In this document: piece by piece, positions 11,101 through 22,330 of the stretch | Numbering within the stretch: position 1 is the stretch's first letter | How the letters are laid out: the number at the start of each line of letters is the position of its first letter | From: Bugula neritina | Lineage: Eukaryota > Animalia > Bryozoa | Length of the DNA stretch: 64,000 bases | Reading direction: 5' to 3' | Assembly (NCBI GenBank): GCA_964035545.1 | Contig: OZ037768.1 | Span: 7,286,741 to 7,350,740, forward strand | Notes under the pieces: model-generated | The model's database searches: none | Told to the model about the DNA's origin: nothing | What the model saw: only the letters and a program-made list of their open reading frames with translations | Made by a program: the position numbers and the translations under genes

Positions 11101-14100
11101 GAACTCCTGAATAAACTCCAGTGGGTCGCACAGGAAGTAATGTTCATCGTACTGATAGCGGATTTTATCTTTCTTCTTCGTACCAAGCGTACGCTCCATT
11201 TCCATCACTGCCTTGTCTTTGTTCAACACCAGATGTCTAGAAATATGGTTGAATAAAACTTACTGCACGTTTTCTAATAGTATACTTTTCATTCCAAATT
11301 AAAATCAAAGTTCAGGTTCATAAGGGCCAATAGTGATGCTAAAATAGGCTCTCCCCCATTCAGCATCAGGGCATCTCACAAGGATATGAGGCTAAACTAT
11401 AAGCACAAGATTTAAATGCAATACTAAGAAAAGTTGCAGTTTTTATCCTCCACAACCAATGATGAGAAATCATTAGCTTTTATTATAAGTTCTCAGAACT
11501 TATATGAATCTCTAGCTAATGAATGGTAGATAAGGCAGACCAAAATAGCAAAACATTAATTATGAATAACCATGAAGTGAGAAATCATCTAGTAATTTAT
11601 TAATAATAAATTCCAAGAGAATCCCAGATAGCAAGATAACTACACGTGTAAGGCGGTTGCACCAGGGAAGAAAATAATTAAATAGATAATGTTACACATA
11701 ATATACTGTTTCTAGCACTAAGACAGTTGTAATGTTGATGAATAAGAAGATGATATCAACATAACATGTAAATATATACCCATAATCTTGCACAAGACGC
11801 AACATATTAATCAGAGATGACAAAACTTATATATTAATTACAAAGGTACGTAATATATTCATGCTTACTGCCTGCATTGTTTGCAAACTGACCATGAAAT
11901 AGCAAAACAAATATATAATGAAAATAATCTCTTACGTTGGAAGTACTTACAAATATACATAGCTCAGCAATTCTGCATTTAAGTGAAAGGCATTAACTTA
12001 TGCAATCATCACCATGATTATAGAATGACTCACCTGGCACCCCAGTTACACTGCACCAGTCTCCATTCACCATCTATTAGCACAGCATTCCAAGTGTTTC
12101 TAAACATCTCCCCCTCAAACTTCATACCTGGCTCATAGCCTACACTCTTAGATCTACCTTTGATCTCTACACAGTGCAGCCCTGAGTAGCTAAAGAGAAC
12201 AAGAATTTCCACTGCTAAACACCCTCCACAATGGCTTTGAAGATTACAATAAAGCAGTCATCATATTACAATACCTTCACGCATTACAAAACACACTTTA
12301 ATGCTGTTGAGCAAACATTACATAAAATAAAATATGCTGTACTGAGCAATAAAACTATACAGTATAAAAGTGCACATAGGCAGAACATTTACTAGAAAAG
12401 CTGCATCTCACAAAATATTTCAGGCATAACCTTCACTACTGTGATGAGTCACTTAAAAGCTCAGTATTGGTTATCAGTACTCAGTTCAGCAGTTATTCAA
12501 AAATTTAGTCCCTTATATGTTGATATTGCTGAATCAACACAGAGAGTGGTTCGCATGTGACCAGTACTAAAACCTGCAGCACTTGAAGGGATTATGCAGG
12601 TAATGTATCATTCTAATCACAACCACTGCATATCATGTATCAATATTAGCTTGTGAAAATAATATTTAGCTTAGTTCTTATAGTAGGCCAGGTTGAACAG
12701 CCAATGACCCTACATAAGTAATAGTAGATTATGGTAATAGGTTGCTGATGCTATTATTAATAGATCATTACTCAATATGAGAAAATGATAGCAACCCACG
12801 GGTAATCTTTACAGACAGCATGATACATGAAGAGGTTTTGGAGATTATCTCCTCATGAGCAACAATATGTATTCAAATTAACTAGAATAGCAAATAAGAA
12901 GCTGAATGAAAATCACCAATAGCAAATTTTCCACAACAAAATATATCAAAAATTCATAGCTTATTGCAAACTCTCAAAAAAAGAGACTTACAGAGAAAAA
13001 ATTATTGTGAAAGCAAGCAGAAACTGAACTTGCTTACCTGCAAAGTCTTTTGAATAAGGTGTGGTATGTCTCCGTCCCAAACTTTATCCCTCGCAGCAGA
13101 CCAAGGGGCGTGTCCTTGATGATTTCATTGAATTGTAAGGCATTCAAATCTTTAATTGTGATCCAACGGAAAATTGCCCTAAAGTAAATATCAGTACATC
13201 AAACACACACACAAGGCATCCAACATCAACATTATTAACACACAACTATTATAATAGCTATACTGGCACTACTGGCACTATTACTACTACAGTAGTAACT
13301 GACTGCCACTACCACTACTTTAGTAGCTATCAACTACTACCAACTTCCACTTGGAGTTCCAAGCACATGAATACATACAAAGCAAACCACAATGATTCTT
13401 TAGTTGCCATAGCAACCTGAAATTTCACACAACTACAGCAATCAGCAGTCAAACTGTTGAATGTTGAAGCAGTGAGCACTGCTAACTGTGTGGAAGTTGA
13501 AAGTAATAATCAGAAAATTTACACTAATGATTAGCAACAACCAACCTAGCTTTAGCAAGGTCGGACATCAAATCCCCGGTGAGATCTTGGACTAGATCGG
13601 TGAAGGTCGTTTGTTCTGTTTCAGCAATCTACAGAAAGTTACCATTTACACAGACACATGTATACTGATTGATCAATGTTTAATCTTTCATCAAATTCAC
13701 ACATCAAAATGAAACAACGACTGTAGAGAATGTGCTAAGTTAATCTTACTCTGGGCATAGTATTTCACAAAAATAAATAATCAGAAAGTGCCCATCAAGA
13801 TAAACTCAATCATGGCTAGATTTAACTTAGATCAGTCACAGGATAGATCATGTGACTCTATATCACAAATATTTTTCAGATGAATGATCGATGAAGGTAC
13901 TTAAAATTATGTAATATTAAAATATTAAATTTCAAAGTTTACAACTGATTATCGATATAACATCATGTCTATTAACAGTATATTGGCATGTAATATTGGC
14001 AAATTTATATATTAAACAGATAAAAGCAATACTGCTAGTCATCAGGAAGTTATAACAAGCAATAAAAGAGAGAGAAAGTGGAGAAACACGTATACTTACA

Positions 14101-17100
14101 TTCACTACATAGTCGTCCAAATCACTGAACACTTGGCTGGCTGTGAGGTTATGATAAATATCATTCTTACTAGTTTTAGGAGGGGCTGGCAGGGGGGCCT
14201 CGGCAAGGGAGGCAAACCCGGTGAGAATCTCTTCTGGCTGCAAGTCTTCAAAGTCATCAGGATCCAGTTCATCGTTCTCTATCTGTTTAATACATAAGAC
14301 CAATGTACTAAGCCACTGTTTGCTCGTAGATCTCAATGTATGCTGCTAATATATGAATTTATGCAATTAAAACCATAACAATATTGTATCTTCAATAAAT
14401 TTCGTTTCGTTTAATGAAGCTCAGTGAGCTCTTAGCAACAGGAGAAAGCATGCATTCAGCCATTAGTGTGCTGTAGTCACAGTCTAACAAAACTGACTCG
14501 GTATGAAGGGTTGCAACTTACACGTCCAACAGATGACAAATGACACTTAAACCACACTGGAAACTATGTGAATAAATCACGGAGGAAAATGATAAAGTAG
14601 GCACAAACAACGAAGTTAGAATTACTGATACGTATCTGATACAGTGTAGCTGTTTCATAGCAATTTACATTCTGGCCAGTCATGCGTGATTTACTGAAAC
14701 TAGACCAAACAATATTCACCATTCATGGTACGTTAGAGACTACCAACTCCGTTGGGTTTACTAGCCATACGACTGGGAGACTCAAGTGTACAGCAAAGAC
14801 ATCACAAGCACATTCATACCAGCTTTTTATTTATACTTTGTACAAGCATAATTTTATTTAACTGAGTGTGTTCGAGCATGTTATTTAAATGTTGCTAAAA
14901 CAGTTTTAAATTACAATCGTGTCTTCAACATATGAAAACATCCTTTTTAGCGATAGTATAAAATATGTTGAAGAGTAGAAAAGAGAAATAAACCTTAGCT
15001 CAAGTGCAACAGTAACCAATACTTAAGTAAGACTTGACATTTGTTCAGACACAACTTGACAAAGATTTTCGATTGAGATAATTACAGCTTCATGGATTTC
15101 TTTCTGGATCTCTTCTAGGTCTGCTTCCAGATCTTTCTTCTTTTCTTGCATCATTTCTAACATCTCAGACGATTGCTTGTCAACCAGCTGGGAAGTTTCC
15201 TCTTGCTGCTGTGCAATTACCTGTAAATAGAAGTGAAGGCAGCTGGTGAAGGCAGCGCACAGCAAAATATTTCAAACCAAAGCTATACATAGTTATGTGT
15301 TTTGTTGATAGCAAGTTAGATATAATTGGTATAGGAAGAGATATGGCCAGTTACACACCTTGAGTGTTCTATTACGGAGTTTCTGTGTGTGCTTATTCTC
15401 AATATCTTTTCTAGCTTCATCTTCTAACCTTTCCTTTTCCTAATAATAACAAGATTGTGTGATGAAACGGCATCTGTGAACAGTATTTTGAATTTAGCAT
15501 GCAAAGCATGTAGTTGTTGAAACTCTGCCCTAGCTTATTGTTCATGTATCAAATTTCATAATCACATTTCTAATGAAAGAAATTTTGAATAGAGTCCGTT
15601 TAATCAGATTTAAATCAAGGGAGTTAATTATACGCAACTAATCAACAGCATTGTAACATGCAAGCGAAGTCAGTTAAACACTGTATGAAATTGTAACTGT
15701 ATAGTAGTACCAATTTTTCATAAACAAATGACTTTCAAAATATAAACCAGATACTACTAGCTCTATCACCATGAGAGCAATGTCACACCGTCTGCCTGCT
15801 GCATTTCTATTCCTGTAATACCTATATTGCAAAACTCCTTAAAAAAACTAACTTATTTGTTATATGAGTTACAGAGTAGAGGTGTTAAAAATCTTCAATC
15901 TATTTTTACAAAACGAATAATAAACTTTTTTTAGAAACAAAACAATGAATAAAGTATTTAAAAAAACTTTTGATCATGCATCCCATGTCTATAGACAATT
16001 ACATGCAACTAGTATGGGTATATGACAGGCTAGACTTCCATCTATATATGGATATTATATTTTGCGAGTACTTCATAGCAGCAGGTATACATGTATGCAA
16101 CAGTAGAATAGCATAAAGCAATAGATGCAGACAAACGCATCAATACCTTTTTAACATTAGTAGAAAACAGAAATGTAGGAAACTACAAAATATTGAACAC
16201 ACTTGAAATAAAATGTTACTTGAAAGGCAGTTTTGATAAATGGTATGATTTTATTGCAAAACTTGTGCCGCAATTTTAGAATTTTAACGTTATACCCTAA
16301 CAAATTTTAGAATTTCAATGTGATATACCAAAACATTTTAATTTAAATGCATTGTGTCTGTGTTGTACATTTGGTGTCAGTACTTACACACAGAACAAAT
16401 TAAACATGAAATTCAATTTGAAATATTATGTGAGTTTGTTAATTTGCATAAAGCAATTTGCTTTTTCTCTGTAAAAGAACACCTGGTGTCGCACTTCCTT
16501 TGTACAAGTGACACTTCGCAAACTACATAGAGACCAGCTAGTTGATAAGCTGGCATATTACAGTTCCAACGTCAAAAAATACAAGTTTTAATGACAAATC
16601 AAATACTTAAAATACAATATGTATGTTCAAACAAGAATTTTATTTCAAGTCATATTTTAAACAATGGCTATAAAACCATATTAATCAGAATATTGATCAG
16701 AATATAAGTTCTTACCTGTTCGTAGTCTTTGCCATTCTTTTTCTTGTACTGTTTCTCCAAGCGCTGAGTGATATTTTGAAGGCGATTCTCCCACTCGTTT
16801 TCAGTTTCCTCCTTGACAGTCGACTCCACTACTTCTCTTTCTTGCTGAAACTTGGTAAGCAGCGCTTGTTCCTCTTCACGTTGACGCAACTCCAGCTCTT
16901 CCTGAGCGTGCCGCAGCTTTTCCTGCAACTCATCTCTTTTATGCAGCTACAAATTAATACACAAATAGTAGCATAAGTACTGACTGTATTACAAGTATTA
17001 CTGAGTGAGTGCTAGTATTACCAACATTTTAAGTTTAAGACTGATAACCACTAGTTAATGGAAAATGAAATTGTCGCATTTTTATTCAACTAGAATTCTA

Positions 17101-18218
17101 CACATCAGTAGTCAGAACCAGAAGTCTCTTTAACACTGCAAAAAATGTGAACTATTTGATATCGTCATTAGAAAGGACTATTAACGCAAATGTCAAAGTA
17201 ATGGCCGTATGAACTCAATGTAACTGCCAAACATAAGTGAGCCAAACAACAAATTTGCTTCCAAATTGATACCCTGTTGCACCATGTCTAAACTACATTT
17301 TTTTCACTCCAAATATTTTGAGTACTACACTAGGCATGCCAGCCAACAATACTAGAGGTCATCTAAAGCTAAAGCAAGCATTGGCATCTGAGTAGTATAC
17401 ATGCTTTCAGATTTAACCGACAAGCATAAACAATGCAAAATGTATTTAATGTGGAACCAGCTAGCTTACTATCACCCTACCTTGAAGCATGGACATATGA
17501 TCTAAATAAGTTAAATGACACATCAATTGTACATATTTTCTGATCCAAGAATGCAGTAAGCAACATCACAGTGGTTTTATTAATAAGCTATCTTGTTTTT
17601 TGAAACTCAAAAATATTAAAAACACCATAACAAATTTTTGAAAAACCTCTTCCATTGATTTCAAATCGCTTTTTACATAAATATATATTTTTTATTTTTT
17701 TAGCATGCATCAAGAAATAAAGGTAGTCTTACTAGCAACGCTGGATACATGTGAGTCTCTTCAGCTTTCCCGCCATACCGATTCAGACCTTGCACAGAGA
17801 CAGGATGTGATATAAACTGTGCATCAGGGCCAATACTAGGCCCTTTTAGTGTGGCTATTTTAGCCAATCTTTCTCGAAGCTTCGACTGTTCTACCGCACT
17901 GAGAATTCCTCTAGCATTCAAATCCAAGCTTTTGACTTGCAGCTTCGGCACATGAGCAACACAGTACACTTCCGGATCTTTTCTATCAACACTAGTTTTG
18001 TGATTCGCTGTGGTCAACGGGGTCCCACAAACAAAACACGTGAAACAGCCTTTGTGAAAAATTACATCTTTACTTGAAGTAATCTTTTCTTTTGGATATA
18101 CAGTTTTTTTACACCGATGACATTTCATAACAGTTACATTTTGAGAAAACAATGCTGCTAGAGCTTTTGCTCCTCTTTCAGCAGAGCCATTATCTGTAAC
18201 AACTCCATTACTAGACAT
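7447..18218 (-). CDS. Hil: Hillarin-like LIM and transglutaminase-like (kyphoscoliosis peptidase family) protein, ~963 aa, 12 coding exons
   Basis: Exons 18218-17733, 16946-16716, 15439-15359, 15220-15086, 14282-14100, 13628-13546, 13178-13038, 12189-12034, 11236-11024, 9692-9464, 8669-8415, 8145-7447, all GT-AG, total 2892 nt in one frame. LIM CHRC-x17-HKGCFTCFVC...CVAH, coiled coil, and hillarin hallmarks ARAIFRWIT, GIKFGTETYHTLFKRLCSYSGLHC, FRNTWNAV, QCNWGARHL, YQYDEHYFL, CACKFKI. Confidence 0.92.
8415..8669 (-). CDS. Hil: Hillarin-like exon 11
   Basis: VIYSVHLPVRGDFFLEIFAN...CACKFKI...LPNCASGEWGP...SHET; phase 0/0. Confidence 0.9.
9464..9692 (-). CDS. Hil: Hillarin-like exon 10
   Basis: (R)SVFFHFGMMF...LDRFVFQSMLVDE; phase 2/0. 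Confidence 0.9.
11024..11236 (-). CDS. Hil: Hillarin-like exon 9
   Basis: (R)HLVLNKD...YQYDEHYFLCDPLEFIQEFFP...FEELPFV(R); phase 2/2. Confidence 0.9.
12034..12189 (-). CDS. Hil: Hillarin-like exon 8
   Basis: (S)YSGLHCVEIKGRSKSVGYEPG...FRNTWNAVLIDGEWRLVQCNWGA(R); phase 2/2. Confidence 0.92.
13038..13178 (-). CDS. Hil: Hillarin-like exon 7
   Basis: (R)AIFRWITIKDLN...DTPLGLLRGIKFGTETYHTLFKRLC(S); not in ORF track; phase 2/2. Confidence 0.9.
13546..13628 (-). CDS. Hil: Hillarin-like exon 6
   Basis: IAETEQTTFTDLVQDLTGDLMSDLAKA(R); phase 0/2. Confidence 0.88.
14100..14282 (-). CDS. Hil: Hillarin-like exon 5
   Basis: IENDELDP...PLPAPPKTSKNDIY...VFSDLDDYVVN then GTAAGT donor; phase 0/0. Confidence 0.85.
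15086..15220 (-). CDS. Hil: Hillarin-like exon 4 (coiled coil)
   Basis: VIAQQQEETSQLVDKQSSEMLEMMQEKK...EIHEA; phase 0/0. Confidence 0.85.
15359..15439 (-). CDS. Hil: Hillarin-like exon 3 (coiled coil)
   Basis: EKERLEDEARKDIENKHTQKLRNRTLK; 81 nt, phase 0/0. Confidence 0.82.
16716..16946 (-). CDS. Hil: Hillarin-like exon 2 (coiled coil)
   Basis: LHKRDELQEKLRHAQEELE...ENEWENRL...KDYEQ then GTAAGA donor. Confidence 0.88.
17733..18218 (-). CDS. Hil: Hillarin-like first coding exon (LIM domain)
   Basis: ATG 18218; LIM zinc ligands; ends HMYPALL then GTAAGA. The exon probably starts at an acceptor at 18438 (5' UTR). Confidence 0.9.
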
Positions 18219-18909
18219 CTTGTATAAGTTTTATTAATATATTTTCAGCTTCTTTCTTGCTTGTCCTGTTGCAATGCTACCCGATACTTTCAGCAGGGTC
18301 AAAGTATGGGCCGGCAAAGATAGTCGAAGTTGGAAGAGCGTTTCTTGATCAAGATTTATTCAGGTCAACTTTTATTTGGAGTTCGAAGACTTTTCACTGT
18401 CTAAGCTATGAAACTGGCCAGACATGCCCGGGTGCTGACTAAATAAATAAATTAATATGTGCATGTTATTGAATTGCTATTTTGAGTCAGTGTCAGTATG
18501 ACCAAGTAAAGATTCTACAATAATTTTAAAATCAAGTGGGTCAATTTTACAAGAACATGGGTACATTTATCATAAAACACTTTAAAGAATGAATACTATT
18601 TTCAAATCAAGATGATTCCTAAAAATTTAATCGAAATGGACATGTATTTTAACATTTTGCAATTTTAATACTATGCTCAATTTTAAAATAGACTCTATCG
18701 ATAAAATTAAACGATAATTACCAACAAGCAAAGACACTTTACTGATAAATACTATTAATTACTAATACTACTAATTAGGTGGTAATCATAATGTAAAAAC
18801 AAAATATTAATAATTTAATGTATTACATCAACTTGAATGTCAATTGGTAAAAGAAAGAGCCACTTATTAAGCAATCAATAGTTAAACTCTCTCACATTCA
18901 CATTGGTCT

Positions 18910-19555
18910 TTCAAGCATTTAAACTTAAAGTTGAACTTGATGTAATTATTAGTTGGGCTTGGCTGATCGACTCTTTTACTATCACTATGACTATCAGTCT
19001 CAATATTATAGACTTTAAAGTGATAGTCATCGTGGTAGTGACAAGTCATGGTTTTAGTATGAGTAGTAATGGGTTTTTACTTTTAATTTGTGTCTCTCTT
19101 TTAATTTTGGCTTAAGCTGGTAATTGTACTTGTAGCTAATGTAAATTAATTGAAATCTGATCAGTTTTTATAACTTGTATTAACATTTATTATTATTAAT
19201 TATTATGTTCCGTTATTTTTATTCTTAATATCCTTGTATATTCAATTTACCACATTCACTGAAGGTGATTCACCAAGCAGGTCTACTATTTCAAAACCAT
19301 CACACAGTTTCATAACTATTGTATTAACTATGATAATTATAATCAGATAAAGACCAAGTATTACTATTAGTATTAGTATTAGTATAACTATTCAGCACGA
19401 CTATCACTTTGACAATATGAATATGACTGTGAGAATGAGTATTACTATTACAGTAAATGTAATACTAATAGTAATACTATTACTACTAGTATTAGTATTA
19501 GTATTACTATTAGCATAAGACTTAGAGTTAGTAACTGTAAAGTATTACTAGGTCT
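18910..19555. repeat. Degenerate 3/6-bp-phased low-complexity tract
   Basis: Runs such as ACTATT AGTATT AGTATT AGTATA ACTATT and ACTATC ACTATG ACTATC. Confidence 0.7.
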
Positions 19556-19631
19556 ACTTCTGTCATTACGCTCATCCTAAGGAGTTATCAAATTAACTCA
19601 TTACGGCGAAGAAACTTAATTGTTTGCATAC

Positions 19632-19700
19632 CTTTGCCGTCCACTTCGGAGAGCGTTGTACAGTTGTCACTCCAGGTCCAACCACATAGTACCTATTAAT
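19632..19700 (-). other. Candidate non-coding first exon of the hillarin-like gene (5' boundary approximate)
   Basis: Minus-strand donor AAG|GTATGC at 19632 in a locally GC/CpG-richer patch upstream of the 18438 acceptor. Confidence 0.4.
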
Positions 19701-20819
19701 ATTATGTTCGAGAAAACTAAAGCTACTGCAACCAAAGGGACTGCAACTGAGCTTACACAAAACTTGAATTTGTTCGCTAATGGAAATGATGATTGATATG
19801 CAAATATTGAAAAAAGCTTGTGCGTGAGATGTTTTCATTAAAGTCAAAAAATGCAACGGTTAAAACAAGAAAATAAAAGTTACTTGTGCGCGCAGGCTTA
19901 TACCGCACCCACCCCTTTTAACTTTCATGTAGTTGTTAGGTTGTTAAGACAACTCCTATAGTTTGTTATACAATTGCACGACTTCAACTGCTCTCAACAA
20001 AAATTCAATTTTTTGCATGGTGGTTGCATATGTGCAGGAGCAGCAAAAATCCCCGAACACAGTTTTAACTTTTAGCAAATATAAGAAAAAATGAACTATT
20101 TATTAATTACAGATTGAGAAAATTAGTTCAAAACTACTATCACTTGTCATGGGCTTCGGCATCAATATCGTTACAAAAAGAGAATACATACAATAAGATA
20201 TTATATGCACAACTTATGTAAAATACTATATTGTAACCTTATAATTATTTATGCACTTTATTATACACAATACAATATATGCAAAACAAATATCTCACGT
20301 TTTGCTTAAACTAGTCTCTATAGTCTTTATGAGAATCTTTTATGGTAAGAGTTATTTTATATAATCGAGTTAAGGACTTGCTTTCTACTGTGTCACAGAA
20401 ACGATTACCTACAAAATAGCTATACATAATACTCGCTTGCTTGTTTTGAAATTCGGAGTTGTTTATTCTTTAAAAAACAAAGAGCGCTAGTTGAATCGCC
20501 ATTTACATTTAGGTATAAATATTTTACAAACAAAATAAAAGTCGGGTTTTTACTACTTAGTACCACAATGCTGCCCGAATACAAACACATAATATTTGCA
20601 AATCTTCTTTTATTGTGGTTAGTATTGCTATTAGTATTAAAAAGAGAATACTAGCGAATATTGGTGTGGATCCAGATTATCAAATTCAATCTGTGTGACT
20701 CGAATACTCACAATTAGTGTTATAACTTTAAACTATAAAGATTGGTACACTTGCACTCTTTTGAAGTGACGGTGAGTAGTCGGTAATCACAACAGAAAAC
20801 ATTAATTTTAAAGCAGCTT

Positions 20820-22330
20820 CACTATCAATTTTCATTTCAATTTGAATTTGTTACGAACTCGAAGCTCAAGCTCTAAGTGTAACAGTAACATTAACTGTGT
20901 GTGTAACACTAACTGTAAGTGTAACAGTAACATTAACTGTGTGTGTAATACTAACTGTAAGTGTAAGTCATAAGACTAATTCAAATTGTAAGAGTTAGGC
21001 CTACACCTGCTGTTAGTTTAAATTTAAGACTAACAGTAAGTGTAACTCAAAATATGAGATTTTCAATTATTCTGAGACTGAGCGTAAGACTGCTAGTGCT
21101 AGTGTTAGTGTTACTGTTGGTGTTGCTAATTTCTAAAAATAAAACTAACTGTCAAGTGTAAGACTAAATCAAAATAACTAAATCTATTAACTTAAGTAGG
21201 TGTTACTCACTAAGAGTAAGAGTAAGAATATTTGTAACACTAACTCAAACTGTAGCTGTCACTGTGTAAGACTAAGTATTTCAAAAGCTACACTTTCAAA
21301 TTCTTCCACGTTATTTTTAGTAAATTAATGATATTAGATAAAATGTAATTAAATTTAATATACTTATAACTATAAGTTATGCTTAATAATTAAAATTTCT
21401 TATATATTAAGATTAAAGTATCGTTATGATTATCATTATAATTTAACAAAGTATTAGCATAATGATAATCATAATGATAATGATAATCATTATATTTATA
21501 AGTTATGGCTATTGTTAGTAATAGTATTAATAATACTATTACTAAATACTTACTAAAACTATTAGTTTTTAATTACTATTGGTAGTACTATTACTAATAC
21601 TATTTGTATTACTATTGCTATTAGTGTTACTATCACTATAAGTATAACTAATAAACTATAAGTATCAAGCTTACTAATTTTGATAGTGATTCACATTGAT
21701 TTATTCATTAGATTTGAGGATTAAAAATGAAAATAACATTGCGTTTTTCTGAATCATAATCAATATCATTATGAATGTCATTCCCTGAATCATTGTGATT
21801 GCGCATAGCCATCGGTTTTAGTGTTATAAATATTGTCTCATAATTGGTGATTATACAGTAAATAATTGGCGACACTGACCATATATTTAAAAATTTTGTT
21901 AGATTAATTTGTTATAAAAGTGATTTGGAGTTTAATAATAATGTCATTATAATAAAAGTATATATAATAAATAAATAAACTTTAATGGCTAGCTATCAAT
22001 ATAGGTATTAGTATAACTATTATTATTAGTATAAGTATTACTATTAGTAATAATAATACCAATAGTAATATACTCATATTTAAGTTTAATAATAACAGTA
22101 ATAATAATTAGTCTTATTTATCTTTTAATATATCAGTATTAGTGTTGCTATAGATTCTACAAAGTTTTTTAAATGATGTATATATAAGTTATTACAATAC
22201 GTATATTGGTATTGTATTACATTTATTGTTAAACTTGATAATGTAAAAATTCTGTTAGTGCAATTACTATAACCTACTATTAGTATTACTACTAGTAACT
22301 GTTGTATAGTCATATGTTGTATTATAGTAT
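20820..22330. repeat. Degenerate 3/6-bp-phased low-complexity tract, including a 2 x 42-bp duplication at 20875-20958
   Basis: GTAACA GTAACA TTAACT ... CTAACT GTAAGT; AGTGCT AGTGTT AGTGTT ACTGTT; ATAATG/ATAATC and ACTATT runs; frequent stops in the frames examined. Confidence 0.7.

Noticed and set aside
12440-12532. TGATGA...CTGA box C/D snoRNA-like spacing
   Set aside because: Antisense to the host transcript, with no terminal stem or recognisable guide.
7642-16976. Plus-strand ORFs at 7642, 8452, 9482, 10975 and 16776
   Set aside because: Antisense shadows of hillarin exons with no independent motifs.
20820-21300. Possible beta-solenoid or antifreeze-like T-x-T coding repeat
   Set aside because: Stops and phase shifts in the frames checked; no convincing splice context.
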